From positions 3,264,001 through 3,328,000 of the forward strand of contig CBDCDC010000002.1 of NCBI GenBank assembly GCA_965215195.1: a DNA stretch of 64,000 nt, given 5' to 3'. The notes beneath the pieces are model-generated. The model did not search any database. It was given only the letters and a program-made list of their open reading frames with translations, and had not been told where the DNA came from. The DNA comes from Candidatus Latescibacterota bacterium (lineage in GTDB: Bacteria > Latescibacterota > UBA2968 > UBA8231). A program made the translations under genes and the position numbers. Below are positions 39,683 through 48,966 of the stretch, one piece after another; position 1 is the first letter of the stretch; each line of letters opens with the position of its first letter.

Positions 39683-40179
39683 TCACCTCTCTCGCCCACG
39701 CACGGCGAGGCGATACTTCTGATTTTTCGCGGTGGGCGATTCGGGGCGCGTCATTTCCACTAGCCCTGCGGACAGGGCCGGGCGAAGGTAGTTTTTGCGG
39801 AATGTGGGACGATGTGACAACCCCAGTGCCGCCATCAGTTCGGCGGCCGTTTTTGGACCGGTCCGCAAAGTCGCAAGCAGCCGCGCTACTTGGTCGCTTA
39901 CTTGGTCGCTTACTTGGTCGCTTACTTGGTCGCTTACTGTAGGTGTCTGAAGTTCAGCGGCGCGACAACGGGCTTGCCATCGAGAATGGTGGAAACTTGC
40001 TCCTCGCTGAGGATATTGCCTTCAATGGCCAGCGATCCGCAAACGGTGAGGATGCGATTGATTCGCCGCAGGCGCAAATCCTGCACAATGTCTGTCGCCC
40101 GGCCAATCGCCTCCCCGATTTCTTCAATGAGAAAAAGGGTATCCGACGCGATTGTGTATGGTGGTTTTTCAATTTTCAT
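39683..40179 (-). pseudogene. Fic family protein remnant lacking the catalytic core
   Basis: N-terminus LRLRRINRI.T..GSLAIEGN.LSEEQV is joined out of frame near 39955 to a (VSDQ)n linker and C-terminal HTH (ELMAALGLSHRPTFRKNYLRPAL...QKYRL); no HPFxDGNGR motif. Confidence 0.8.
39887..39938. repeat. 12-bp tandem repeat (TACTTGGTCGCT x4 plus partial)
   Basis: Seen directly; on the minus strand it encodes the VSDQ linker of the Fic remnant. Confidence 0.95.
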
Positions 40180-40261
40180 CTTCCATGCTCTGCCCGTGCC
40201 TCAGACCACAGCCGATGTTCAAAGTGCGCCAAGGCGGCAAGACCCTGTGCCGCAACCCCGC

Positions 40262-40612
40262 CTAGTCTCTCCTAATGTCCGGCAGGTCGGCAACAGCAAT
40301 GTCCTGAATGACGTTGGATTTGGAAAAGCCGTATCTGGATCGCAGGCTGTTGTTGCATCGGGAGCGCAATCAGCACCGTGCCGTTTCTTCTGCATACCGA
40401 CGAATAGATCGGCGAAATCCTGAATCTCGTCTGGAAATTTTGCGATGATGCTGGCGTTCGCAGCGTTGTCGTACGGGACCATGCTGTAATGCCCAGCCAC
40501 CGAAACAGGCCGCTAGGCAGTGGAACAGCGCATAGTACGTCGTGCTGACGGCGCGGCGGAGGTTCGCCTCTACCCACTTCAAACGCTTCTTTCGTAATTC
40601 TTCTATGTTCAT
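40262..40612 (-). pseudogene. Eroded HEPN-like gene fused to a 17-codon stub of another gene
   Basis: Pieces in three frames: NLRRAVSTTYYALFHCLA / ALQHG.VRQRCE / IAKFPDEIQDFADLFVGMQKKRHGADC / FSKSNVIQDI. The RHxAD motif is HEPN-like. Confidence 0.6.
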
Positions 40613-43600
40613 TTTATCGCCTCAATGTCGAGAATCCCATACGCCACCGGCTCGGCGACAATATCGACTTTCTCCTCGGCCCTATCCAACTCCTCAATGC
40701 GCCGGTTGTAGTCAGCTTCTGCCCGGCCTATCTGCGACCGCCGCATCCTCTGTATCTTCTCATTACTTGCCTTTTCAAGCTGCTCCCTGAGAAGTGCCAT
40801 CTGCGCTTGGTGGCTCGTCGCCAAACTCTCTCTGCGGTACGCTGCCAACTCCTGAGTCCGTTGCTGGTGTTCTGTCCGTGCCTCAGACCACAGCCGATGA
40901 TGCTGCGTCTCCAGCTCGTCCCACTCGCCCTGTTCCCCTGTCTCGGCATCCTCCGCCCTTTCTAAAAGGCGGCCCAAATGCGGCGCTACTGCATCCGACG
41001 AGGCAATTAGCTTGAGCTTCAAATCTTCCCGAATGCCGTAAAACCGCCACTGATAAACGACGAATTGATACCGGCCAGCCGGCACATCATCGTCCCATAC
41101 CTTCAGATGAACAACGGTCCGTTCATCGCTATCAAAAAACCGGGCCGCCTGTTTCACCAAAGGATGCAGCGGCATGACGAAAGCAGCCTGTGGATGCTGG
41201 GTGGCACAATCCTGCTCAAAGGTTATTTGCAGATGCTGGTCGCCCCCTTTCAGCCACGTCTCCCACTCCCGATAGGTACTCTGCCTAGGGAGTTTTTGGA
41301 AATCTTGCAGTAAGCGGTTGCGCACATCCTGTGAAAGCCTCAGCGTTTTCAGAGGCTTCTCGCCGAGAATGAAATCTCGCTCTTCCTCGCACCGCTGCTG
41401 CAAATAGAGCGCGACGAGCCTTTGCAGCGAATCCGGCGTCAACCAAAAGCTCGAAGCGTCTCTAATCTCCCTCTTCATCTGGTCTTCAGGGAGACGAATG
41501 CCAAAAAGCTCCATCTGCTTCTGTTCCAACTCTTCCCGTTCTTGTATCAAGCGAATTTCATTGTCTGCCAACTGTTGGAGTTGGGCCTGACGCTCCGCTT
41601 CGCTCAAGGCATAGTTCTCGGCAATGTTCTTTATTTCTCTGGAAATCTCCCCGAGGATCTCTTCGCTAGCGCCGAGAGCCTGTTCAAATACGCCGATGCG
41701 TTTGAGGCAACGCTGATAAATGTCCGCGTCAACAGTGCCCGGCGTAATCAAGTTTACGATGGCGACACTCTTGCTCTTCTGGCCGTTGCGGTCAATGCGA
41801 CCAATCCGCTGCTCAACGCGCATCGGGTTCCAAGGCAAGTCGTAGTTCACAATGCAATCGCAGAATTGGTAATCCAAGCCCTCGCAACCAATCTCTGAAA
41901 ACAGCAAAACATCGAGAGCGTCGCTGTCCTCGCGCGGCTTCTCAAACAGACGCCGCAGTTCAACGCGCTCCTCATCCGGCGTCCCACCGTGGACCATGGC
42001 GACGCGCACACCATCCGCCCTGAGCTTCTCGTAAAGATAGTGCAGCGTATGGCGAAAGCTGCTGAACAGCATGACCTTGTTGTTGGGCCGGGCTTGCTTG
42101 CCCCGGATGCCTGTGCGTAGTGTATCGAACTTTGGATCGCGGGGATCAAGCCCACGCGCTTTCTCAAGTACGTCCTCGATCTGGGATCGGATCGCGCTGA
42201 CGGCATCACTTGGCGGAACGGATTCCCCGTCGTCGGCTTCTCCCCACTCCAATTCGTCGAGCCGGCGATGCAGAATGCTCTCTAAAAAAGGGGCCAATCC
42301 ATACAGACAACTCGCGGCTTGGCGTCTAATCGTGGTCATCATAAACTTGACGTTCCTATCCCCGTGCAGCCGGCTGAATATGTCCGCCTGAACAGCCAGT
42401 AATTCGTCGTGAAGCTGCTTTTGGCTAGCAGTAAACTCCACATGCACCGTCTCCGGCTTCCGCACGGCGAATGCCCCAATATCGCGCCGCCGCGTCCTGT
42501 TTATCATACTCGCAAAGGTATGCAGCGCTTCCGTGTCCGTGATGAGTTGGATGCGTTCATCCGCAGCTACGCAGCCCTCAGCAAGTTGCCCCCTGATCCG
42601 CTTAAATTCAGGATTGCGGCTGAGAATGGCTCGTCCCCAACCCGTAGCGGCCGCTTCGTCAAGTGCTTCTATGGCCTGAGTCGTCCAATCTGCCGCTTGG
42701 GTCCGCACGTGATCCACCGCTTTATTGATAAACGGATTCGGCGCGGCCATGTGCTCAAAGCTCTCCATACCCTGAATCAGGTCGGGCCGCAGCACGTTCA
42801 GCAGCACAAACAGGTCGTCGCTGCCAAGCTGGATCGGGGTTGCAGTCAAAAAGACTGCAGCCTCGGCGTAGTCACAGAAAAACCGGACGGCCTCGTAGGA
42901 ACGGGTGTTCGGATTGCGGATGTGATGCGCTTCGTCCACGATCACGAGGTCGAAACGCGGTGGCGGGTCCAAATCCAGCAGTCCTTTTCCCTTACTTCTT
43001 CTGCCTCTCCCCTCTGGCCCGTAAAGAAGTACTTCGTCGAACAGCGAGTACGGGAGAATCGCTTTCTGATGCTGAACGGGCCATTCGCCTTCCATATCCA
43101 TTTCCTTGATGCAGTACCTCAGCGTCGGGCCGTCCAAATGGGTGAACTGTTCGCCAAACCGCTTCATCTCATTTTTCCACTTGCCCTCGATCACCAACGG
43201 ACGGGGACATATAATGAGTACAGACTTGATCTCCCGCCTCGCTTGTAGCTCTCGCAGGATCAATCCGGCCTCAATGGTCTTGCCGACCCCGACGCCATCG
43301 GCGATCAACAGGCGCGGACGGTCCGACCGAATGAACCTCAGCACGGGTCGGAACTGATACGGGATGAAATTGACGCGCGCTGCATTCAGCGAATACAACG
43401 TCAATAGGCTGGGATGCCGAATCTGTAGCGCGGTCAGGTAAGCGTGAAACAAGTCGCACGAAAGCGGTTGCAACTCGTCATCGGGCTGCTCCGAGGCCTG
43501 CAACTGGGAGGCGTAATACGTCTGTACGCTGCTGCCCATAAATACCTCAACCCGATTTTCAGCCTGTCCCGAAAGCACCTTCATTACCGCGCCCCGCAGG

Positions 43601-44022
43601 GAAGGGTTGGACTTCAAGACGACCATTTGACCCGGTACAAACTCCGTTTGGTCTGGCATATACGTTGGCGCCTCTTCGGCTGTTTGCGAAACTAGAGAGC
43701 GGCGGGTATGCGTTAGCCCCCTTTCTGCGGTCATCTGCACGGCACTAGCGGCAAGCAGACGACCGAGCAGTTCCAGATCGATCATTCGCGCATGTCCGCA
43801 GACAGCTAGTACTTGTCTAAAATGCGTATCAAGCGATTGGCGTAGCTGGTATTTTTCGTCCGCGACATCATCGGTCATGTAGCGGACCAAAATCGCGGCT
43901 GCCTTGGCGAGGTGATAGAGTCCGATCAATTCGAGCGCGATAATTTTGGCATGGGCCGGTTCTCGTCCTGCTAGATGATTCTTTTCAAAATCAGATTGGT
44001 CATCGCGCGGGCTCTCAGCCAC
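40609..44022 (-). CDS. SNF2-family (SF2) helicase/ATPase, defence-island type
   Basis: LIADGVGVGKTIEAG, VDEAHH, LTATP, SEIGCEGLD.QFC...NYDLPWNPMRVEQRIGRIDR. Start uncertain (GTG 44022 or ATG 43659). Confidence 0.9.
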   Translation of the reverse strand: MAESPRDDQSDFEKNHLAGREPAHAKIIALELIGLYHLAKAAAILVRYMTDDVADEKYQLRQSLDTHFRQVLAVCGHARMIDLELLGRLLAASAVQMTAERGLTHTRRSLVSQTAEEAPTYMPDQTEFVPGQMVVLKSNPSLRGAVMKVLSGQAENRVEVFMGSSVQTYYASQLQASEQPDDELQPLSCDLFHAYLTALQIRHPSLLTLYSLNAARVNFIPYQFRPVLRFIRSDRPRLLIADGVGVGKTIEAGLILRELQARREIKSVLIICPRPLVIEGKWKNEMKRFGEQFTHLDGPTLRYCIKEMDMEGEWPVQHQKAILPYSLFDEVLLYGPEGRGRRSKGKGLLDLDPPPRFDLVIVDEAHHIRNPNTRSYEAVRFFCDYAEAAVFLTATPIQLGSDDLFVLLNVLRPDLIQGMESFEHMAAPNPFINKAVDHVRTQAADWTTQAIEALDEAAATGWGRAILSRNPEFKRIRGQLAEGCVAADERIQLITDTEALHTFASMINRTRRRDIGAFAVRKPETVHVEFTASQKQLHDELLAVQADIFSRLHGDRNVKFMMTTIRRQAASCLYGLAPFLESILHRRLDELEWGEADDGESVPPSDAVSAIRSQIEDVLEKARGLDPRDPKFDTLRTGIRGKQARPNNKVMLFSSFRHTLHYLYEKLRADGVRVAMVHGGTPDEERVELRRLFEKPREDSDALDVLLFSEIGCEGLDYQFCDCIVNYDLPWNPMRVEQRIGRIDRNGQKSKSVAIVNLITPGTVDADIYQRCLKRIGVFEQALGASEEILGEISREIKNIAENYALSEAERQAQLQQLADNEIRLIQEREELEQKQMELFGIRLPEDQMKREIRDASSFWLTPDSLQRLVALYLQQRCEEERDFILGEKPLKTLRLSQDVRNRLLQDFQKLPRQSTYREWETWLKGGDQHLQITFEQDCATQHPQAAFVMPLHPLVKQAARFFDSDERTVVHLKVWDDDVPAGRYQFVVYQWRFYGIREDLKLKLIASSDAVAPHLGRLLERAEDAETGEQGEWDELETQHHRLWSEARTEHQQRTQELAAYRRESLATSHQAQMALLREQLEKASNEKIQRMRRSQIGRAEADYNRRIEELDRAEEKVDIVAEPVAYGILDIEAIK

Positions 44023-44120
44023 GCTGCCATCTTAAAGAGCAATCCCGTCGCTCCCATCGAATAAATCTGATCCTGCTTCCGGCTCGGCATTGACATCGCG
44101 TAGGCAGTGAGCACCCTCCG

Positions 44121-44927
44121 TTAGTACCCCAACCCGCGCAAATAGTGGCGCATCCCCGCACTCCGCCGCGCCTCGCGGACCGCGTCCTCGCCCTCGTAGG
44201 CCGGCTCCCCCGGACAGCTTGTAACCCAGCGGTCAAAGCCCCGCTCGGCGAGCGCGTTGAGCACCCCGGCAAAGTCGAGGCACTCGCCCTCGCCGACCGA
44301 AACCCACTCGGGATTGTAGCGCCCGGGCTCGCGCACCGTGCAAGACGCATAGTCCTGTAGGTGGACATAGTTGAGCTGGCTCCAAAAGTCCGTCAGTGCC
44401 TGCACCGGATCGCAGCCCCACAACTCGGCGTGCGACACGTCAATGCACAGCCGCGTCTTGTCCAGCAAGCTCATGTACAGCCGCCAGTCCGCGGCCGAAT
44501 CCACCAGCAAGTTGGTGTGGATGTGGTAGCTTAGCTCCAGCCCGTACTGGGCCGCGTATTCGGCCCATTGCTCGGCCCCTTCGGCCGCCCGCTCGATATC
44601 GGCGCGTTCCACCGGCCGTCCCTCCGGCTTGCGCCCGCTCATAAACATAAAGCAATCCACGCCCATCTCGGCGGCGAAATCCATCCGCCGCTTGTTGCGC
44701 TCGGTGTGCTCCCAGTCGCGGTTTTCGGGCGATCCACTGGCCGTAAACACGCACAGCGGCATGTCCGCATCTTCGCACACTTGCTTCAGCCGCTTCGGCG
44801 GCCCCAACCAGTCGAGCGGCAACCGCCCCTCCCAGCCATCCCAGCCGGCCTTTTTGAGTTCGGTCAGGGCCTTGGTCAAATCCGGCTGCCGCCAGCGCAG
44901 GGTCGCGTATCCCATCTTGAGTCCCAT
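44121..44927 (-). CDS. Sugar phosphate isomerase/epimerase (xylose isomerase-like TIM barrel)
   Basis: GWDGWE, SYHIH, CIDVSH, YVHLQD, VGEG..DF. Confidence 0.8.
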   Translation of the reverse strand: MGLKMGYATLRWRQPDLTKALTELKKAGWDGWEGRLPLDWLGPPKRLKQVCEDADMPLCVFTASGSPENRDWEHTERNKRRMDFAAEMGVDCFMFMSGRKPEGRPVERADIERAAEGAEQWAEYAAQYGLELSYHIHTNLLVDSAADWRLYMSLLDKTRLCIDVSHAELWGCDPVQALTDFWSQLNYVHLQDYASCTVREPGRYNPEWVSVGEGECLDFAGVLNALAERGFDRWVTSCPGEPAYEGEDAVREARRSAGMRHYLRGLGY

Positions 44928-45029
44928 AATCTGCCTCCTTTGTGGTGTGATCTAACTCAAAATCAAACAGAGAGCTACGGGCAAAGTTCGTTGCCCTTTT
45001 CTGGCATCGCAACGATATTTTTGCCCACC

Positions 45030-47321
45030 ATGGAAAATGCTCCTTCTCTCTCGCGCGGCCAAGTGCATCGCGCCCTCCGCTCCTTCGTCGTCGCCAGCGG
45101 CTTGTGGGGTGCTTGGGGGCAAGCCTGTGGGTTGGGGACAGCGGCCTTTACCGGTTTTGCCCTGTACTTAGGGGCCGACGGTGCCTTTATCGCCCTCTTC
45201 ACCTCGGCCGCGTACTTCCTCGCTTTGACGCAATTGCTCGCCCCCCTGTTGAGTGCCCGCGTCCGCGACAAGAAGCGCTTGGTCGTGGCCGGTGGCTACG
45301 TGGAAATCGCCTTCCGCGGGCTGCCGCTGGTCATTCCCCTCCTCGTCCCAGCGCAGTACCGGCTCGCGGCCTTGGTAGCCATGGTCTGCCTCAGCATGTT
45401 CAGCGGCTATGCAATTTCGCCCTTTTACAGCACTTGGATCGCCAACGCCGTGCCGGAGAATATCCGCGCGCGCTTTGCCAGCCGCCAGACCATCGTCAGC
45501 ACCCTAGTGGCGATGGTGGCCGGTTTCGCAATCGGCCAATTCCTCGACCTTTTCCCCGAAGGAGGCGGCTTTGTCTGGGTCTTTGCGGCCGGGACGCTCT
45601 TTGGACTCTTGGGCTACTCCAATCTCCTCCGCGCCCCCTTTCCCCAACAGACGACCGCCACCGACGAACAGAGCACGCGCTTGCGCGATCTCTTGCAGCC
45701 CTTCCACGACGCCAACTTCGGCCGCGCCGCCCTCTTTTTTGGCCTGTGGACCTTTGGCGTTGGGCTGGCCGGACCGCTCTACAGCGTCTTTATGCTCGAC
45801 CGCCTGCAGATCTCCTACACCGAGGTTTCGATTTTCAACGCCCTGTTCATGCTGACCAGCATCGCTGGCTACCGGCTCTGGGCCGGCCTCATCGACCGCT
45901 TCGGCGCCAGACCCGTCCTGCAAATCCTGATGACGCCGGCCGCGTTCCTACCTCTTGTCTGGGCCTTCAACCAGCCGGGGGCTTATCACCTAGTACCTGT
46001 GGCCTTAGTCCTGAGCGGCATCCTATTCTCCGGGATCGGAGTGGGCATCAACCCCCTGCTCTACGGTCTGTTGCCCCAAGGCGAGCGGCGCACGATGTAC
46101 TTGGCGACTTGGTCGGTGACGGTCAACTTAATGGGTGCGCTCGGTCCTTTGTTAGGCGGCCTGCTCGTGGCCCAACTAGAGGGCTTGCGCTTTTCCTTGT
46201 TCGGCGTGCCCATGGGCGATTTGCAGGTCATCTTTGCCCTCAGCGCCTTGACCCGGCTGGCCCCTTTGTTCATCCTCCGCACTGTCAGGGATGCGCGGAG
46301 CGCGACGTCGCGCAGCTTGCTATCGCGGATGCTGCGCGGCAATGTCCTCAGCTATGCGTACAACGCCACCATCTTCAGCCTAGCCACGGGCGAGGGAACC
46401 CGGGCGCGTGCGGCCGAAGCCCTCGGCCGTTCGGGCAACCCCCTCGCCATTGAGCAATTGGTCCAAGCCCTCGCCGACGCCAGTCCTCGAGTGCGCCGCG
46501 CCGCTGCCCGCGCCTTGGGCGAGAGCCGGTCGGAAAGCGCCACTGAACCCTTGGTGCGCGAGCTGCTCGACGGGGCCTCGGACATCCGCAGCGAAGCGGC
46601 CGAAGCCCTCGGCCGCTTGAGGTACTCCACGAGTATCGATCCGCTGGTCGATGCCCTGACCGACGCCGATCCCCGGGTGCGCATCAGCGCCATCCGCGGC
46701 CTAGCCAGCATCCGTGGAGACGAAGTCCGCGAGCTTCTATTCTGGCACTTTGGCGATGATTTCGACCCCCTGACGTTCCCAACGCTGGTCGATGTGCTCG
46801 GCGAGCGCCAAGACCACCGCATCGTCAAATCTGCGTTAAGCCACCTAGCCGACTTTCCCTCCCCAGCCGTGCGCTTGCAGCTACTCAACGGGGTCTGCCG
46901 TGCGTTGGGGGCCGGCGACCGGTTCTACCGCTTGCTCTCGCACGAGGATACCGACCGCGTCGCCGCCATCACCCGCCGGCTGCGCCGGGCAACCGACTCC
47001 TTGGGCGCGGCCCGCTGCATTGACGCTGTATACCGCACGCAGTTAAAGGCCCTGTGCCGGGAGGTGGTCGTCGCGTATGAAGAGGAAAAGGCCGAGGCGC
47101 TAGTCGAGGCCATGCGGCAGATTGTGCGCACGGTGCGCGATGGGCTTTTTACGGCCGGCGAGAAGACCCGCGAAGTGCTGTCAGTGTACGTGATCGTCGA
47201 GGCCATCGGCAGCTTCATCAACAGCCCGGTGCGACGAGAGTCGCCCGTTGTCGAGGAAATTTTTCTCACCGTGTGCCTAGCGCGCCTAGCCGCCTTGATC
47301 CGCCAGATCGACGACAGCTAG
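45030..47321 (+). CDS. MFS transporter fused to HEAT/PBS-lyase repeats
   Basis: About 12 TM segments (VPENIRARFASR, GLIDRFGARP), followed by repeats RARAAEALG, VRRAAARALG, IRSEAAEALG, VRISAIRGLA. Confidence 0.8.
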   Translation: MENAPSLSRGQVHRALRSFVVASGLWGAWGQACGLGTAAFTGFALYLGADGAFIALFTSAAYFLALTQLLAPLLSARVRDKKRLVVAGGYVEIAFRGLPLVIPLLVPAQYRLAALVAMVCLSMFSGYAISPFYSTWIANAVPENIRARFASRQTIVSTLVAMVAGFAIGQFLDLFPEGGGFVWVFAAGTLFGLLGYSNLLRAPFPQQTTATDEQSTRLRDLLQPFHDANFGRAALFFGLWTFGVGLAGPLYSVFMLDRLQISYTEVSIFNALFMLTSIAGYRLWAGLIDRFGARPVLQILMTPAAFLPLVWAFNQPGAYHLVPVALVLSGILFSGIGVGINPLLYGLLPQGERRTMYLATWSVTVNLMGALGPLLGGLLVAQLEGLRFSLFGVPMGDLQVIFALSALTRLAPLFILRTVRDARSATSRSLLSRMLRGNVLSYAYNATIFSLATGEGTRARAAEALGRSGNPLAIEQLVQALADASPRVRRAAARALGESRSESATEPLVRELLDGASDIRSEAAEALGRLRYSTSIDPLVDALTDADPRVRISAIRGLASIRGDEVRELLFWHFGDDFDPLTFPTLVDVLGERQDHRIVKSALSHLADFPSPAVRLQLLNGVCRALGAGDRFYRLLSHEDTDRVAAITRRLRRATDSLGAARCIDAVYRTQLKALCREVVVAYEEEKAEALVEAMRQIVRTVRDGLFTAGEKTREVLSVYVIVEAIGSFINSPVRRESPVVEEIFLTVCLARLAALIRQIDDS

Positions 47322-47325
47322 AAGC

Positions 47326-47727
47326 AGTGGCCAGTCCCCCCTGCCGGTGCGGGGCTTCACCGCGCCTTTAGGCGCGACCCTAACTACATGACACCAAGAT
47401 ATTGGTGACGTGTCGTATTTGATGTTGTTTTCTGGTTGGCCTTGCTCGGTCGTCGCGTCCCCGTCGCAAGAGAGAGGCTTTGTGCGGGGTCGCCATGCTT
47501 TTTAACAGGGGGCGGTTTGTGGCTCGATGGGTACGGACCCGCCCTTATAGCCCCAGCCCCGCAGGTGGGGGTTGCTCTTTGCGTTCATGTACTGAGGGCG
47601 CGACCTAACTACTAACCACTGGCCCTTGGTACACGACACTAAGGCTTCGACTTCGCATTCAAAGGCGTCCTACCATCGAGCACGAACGTACCCGCAGGAG
47701 GGGTCGCGTACTGAGCCACTGGCCACT
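47326..47727. repeat. Structured intergenic element with 10-bp terminal inverted repeats (MITE-like or ncRNA)
   Basis: AGTGGCCAGT (47326) and ACTGGCCACT (47718); internal direct and inverted repeats; lies between convergent genes. Confidence 0.4.
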
Positions 47728-47730
47728 AAC

Positions 47731-48447
47731 TCAGGCTCGGCCGCGATGCGCCCAGCGGATCCGCACCAGATCCTTGAGATTGGCAAGCGTCCCGGTTACC
47801 GGATTAAAGCGGCTGTCCGGGTCGAAACGCCACTTCACCGGAATTTTTGCGATGCGGTAGCCGGATTGGCGCGCCAGCAGCAGCAACTCCACGTCGAACA
47901 TGAAGCCGGCAATCTGCTGCCGAGTGCAGAGGTCGCGCACCACCGCAGCCTGAAAAAACTTAAATCCGCACTGGGTATCGCCGAACTCGCCCAAGCCCAT
48001 CAGCGCACGCAAGAGCCAGCCAAACGCCGCGGTCCCCCACTGTCGGTAGCGCCAGCGCGCGACGACGAATTCGGTCGCGCTCAGGGTCCGGTCGCCGATC
48101 ACTCCGTCCCACCCGGCTGCCAATAGGGGCATCACTTGGTCGAGCGCAGCGATGTCGGTCTTGTAGTCGCCGTCCATAAAGCCGATGTACCGGCCCCGGG
48201 CCTCGGCCACGCCGCGCTGCACGGAATAGCCCTTGCCGCGGTTGCGGCCATTCTGTACGCAGCGGACTTGCGGATACTCGCGGGCGCACTCGGCAATGCA
48301 GGCGGCCGTGCGGTCGGTGCTGCCGTCATCTACAGCCAGCAGCTCATAGGACCACGGCCGCTGCTGCAGCAACGCGAGCGTTTGCTCCAAGGCGATGAGA
48401 ATCCGCTTCTCCTCGTTGTACGCAGGTATGACGATGCTCAAATCCAT
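47731..48447 (-). CDS. GT2 polyprenyl-phosphate glycosyltransferase (dolichyl-phosphate beta-glucosyltransferase-like)
   Basis: LSIVIPAYNEE, VDDGSTD, NRGKG..V, FMDGD, DTQCGFK, FDVELL. Confidence 0.88.
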   Translation of the reverse strand: MDLSIVIPAYNEEKRILIALEQTLALLQQRPWSYELLAVDDGSTDRTAACIAECAREYPQVRCVQNGRNRGKGYSVQRGVAEARGRYIGFMDGDYKTDIAALDQVMPLLAAGWDGVIGDRTLSATEFVVARWRYRQWGTAAFGWLLRALMGLGEFGDTQCGFKFFQAAVVRDLCTRQQIAGFMFDVELLLLARQSGYRIAKIPVKWRFDPDSRFNPVTGTLANLKDLVRIRWAHRGRA

Positions 48448-48530
48448 ATCGCAATCACAGCGACCCGCTTGACGTCGCCAGCCGCCGCGCCTATAATCCG
48501 CCAAACCCCTAAGCCCTGTGAGAAAGGCCG

Positions 48531-48908
48531 ATGAGCGAGGACGCGCTTTCCCCGCTGCCTTCAGGCAGTGCAACCATTTTTAGCAAAATCATCCGCCGCG
48601 AAATTCCCGCCGACATCGTCTATGAGGACTCCAACTGTTTGGCCTTCCGCGACATCCAGCCCCAAGCCCCGACGCACATTCTCGTCGTACCCAAGGAAGT
48701 CGTCGCCGGTGTGCAATACGCCGCTCCCGAGCACGGCCCCCTGCTCGGCCACCTGCTGCTCAAGGCCAGCCAGATTGCCGAGGAACAGGGCCTAGCCAAG
48801 GCGGGCTACCGCTTGGTCATCAACGCCGGCACCGATGGCGGGCAAACGGTCGCCCACCTCCACGTCCACCTGCTCGGCGGCCGCGCCATGCAGTGGCCGC
48901 CGGGATAA
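48531..48908 (+). CDS. hinT: Histidine triad nucleotide-binding protein
   Basis: TIFSKIIRREIPADIVYED, AFRDI.PQAPTH, GQTVAHLHVHLLGGR..WPPG. Confidence 0.92.
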   Translation: MSEDALSPLPSGSATIFSKIIRREIPADIVYEDSNCLAFRDIQPQAPTHILVVPKEVVAGVQYAAPEHGPLLGHLLLKASQIAEEQGLAKAGYRLVINAGTDGGQTVAHLHVHLLGGRAMQWPPG

Positions 48909-48941
48909 AAAAAGAGGCGATGCCACGCCGGGCACCGCCTC
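48907..48941 (-). terminator. Intrinsic terminator downstream of rplC
   Basis: Minus strand GAGGCGGTGCC-loop-GGCATCGCCTC followed by TTTTTTT. Confidence 0.8.
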
Positions 48942-48966
48942 GCAAGCACTCATAAAGGCAGGGGGT

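Noticed and set aside
47333-47577. Two GC hairpins (CCCCTGCCGGTGCGGGG, CCCCGCAGGTGGGGG) resembling type I-E CRISPR repeats
   Set aside because: Only two dissimilar copies ~220 bp apart, no regular spacing and no cas genes.
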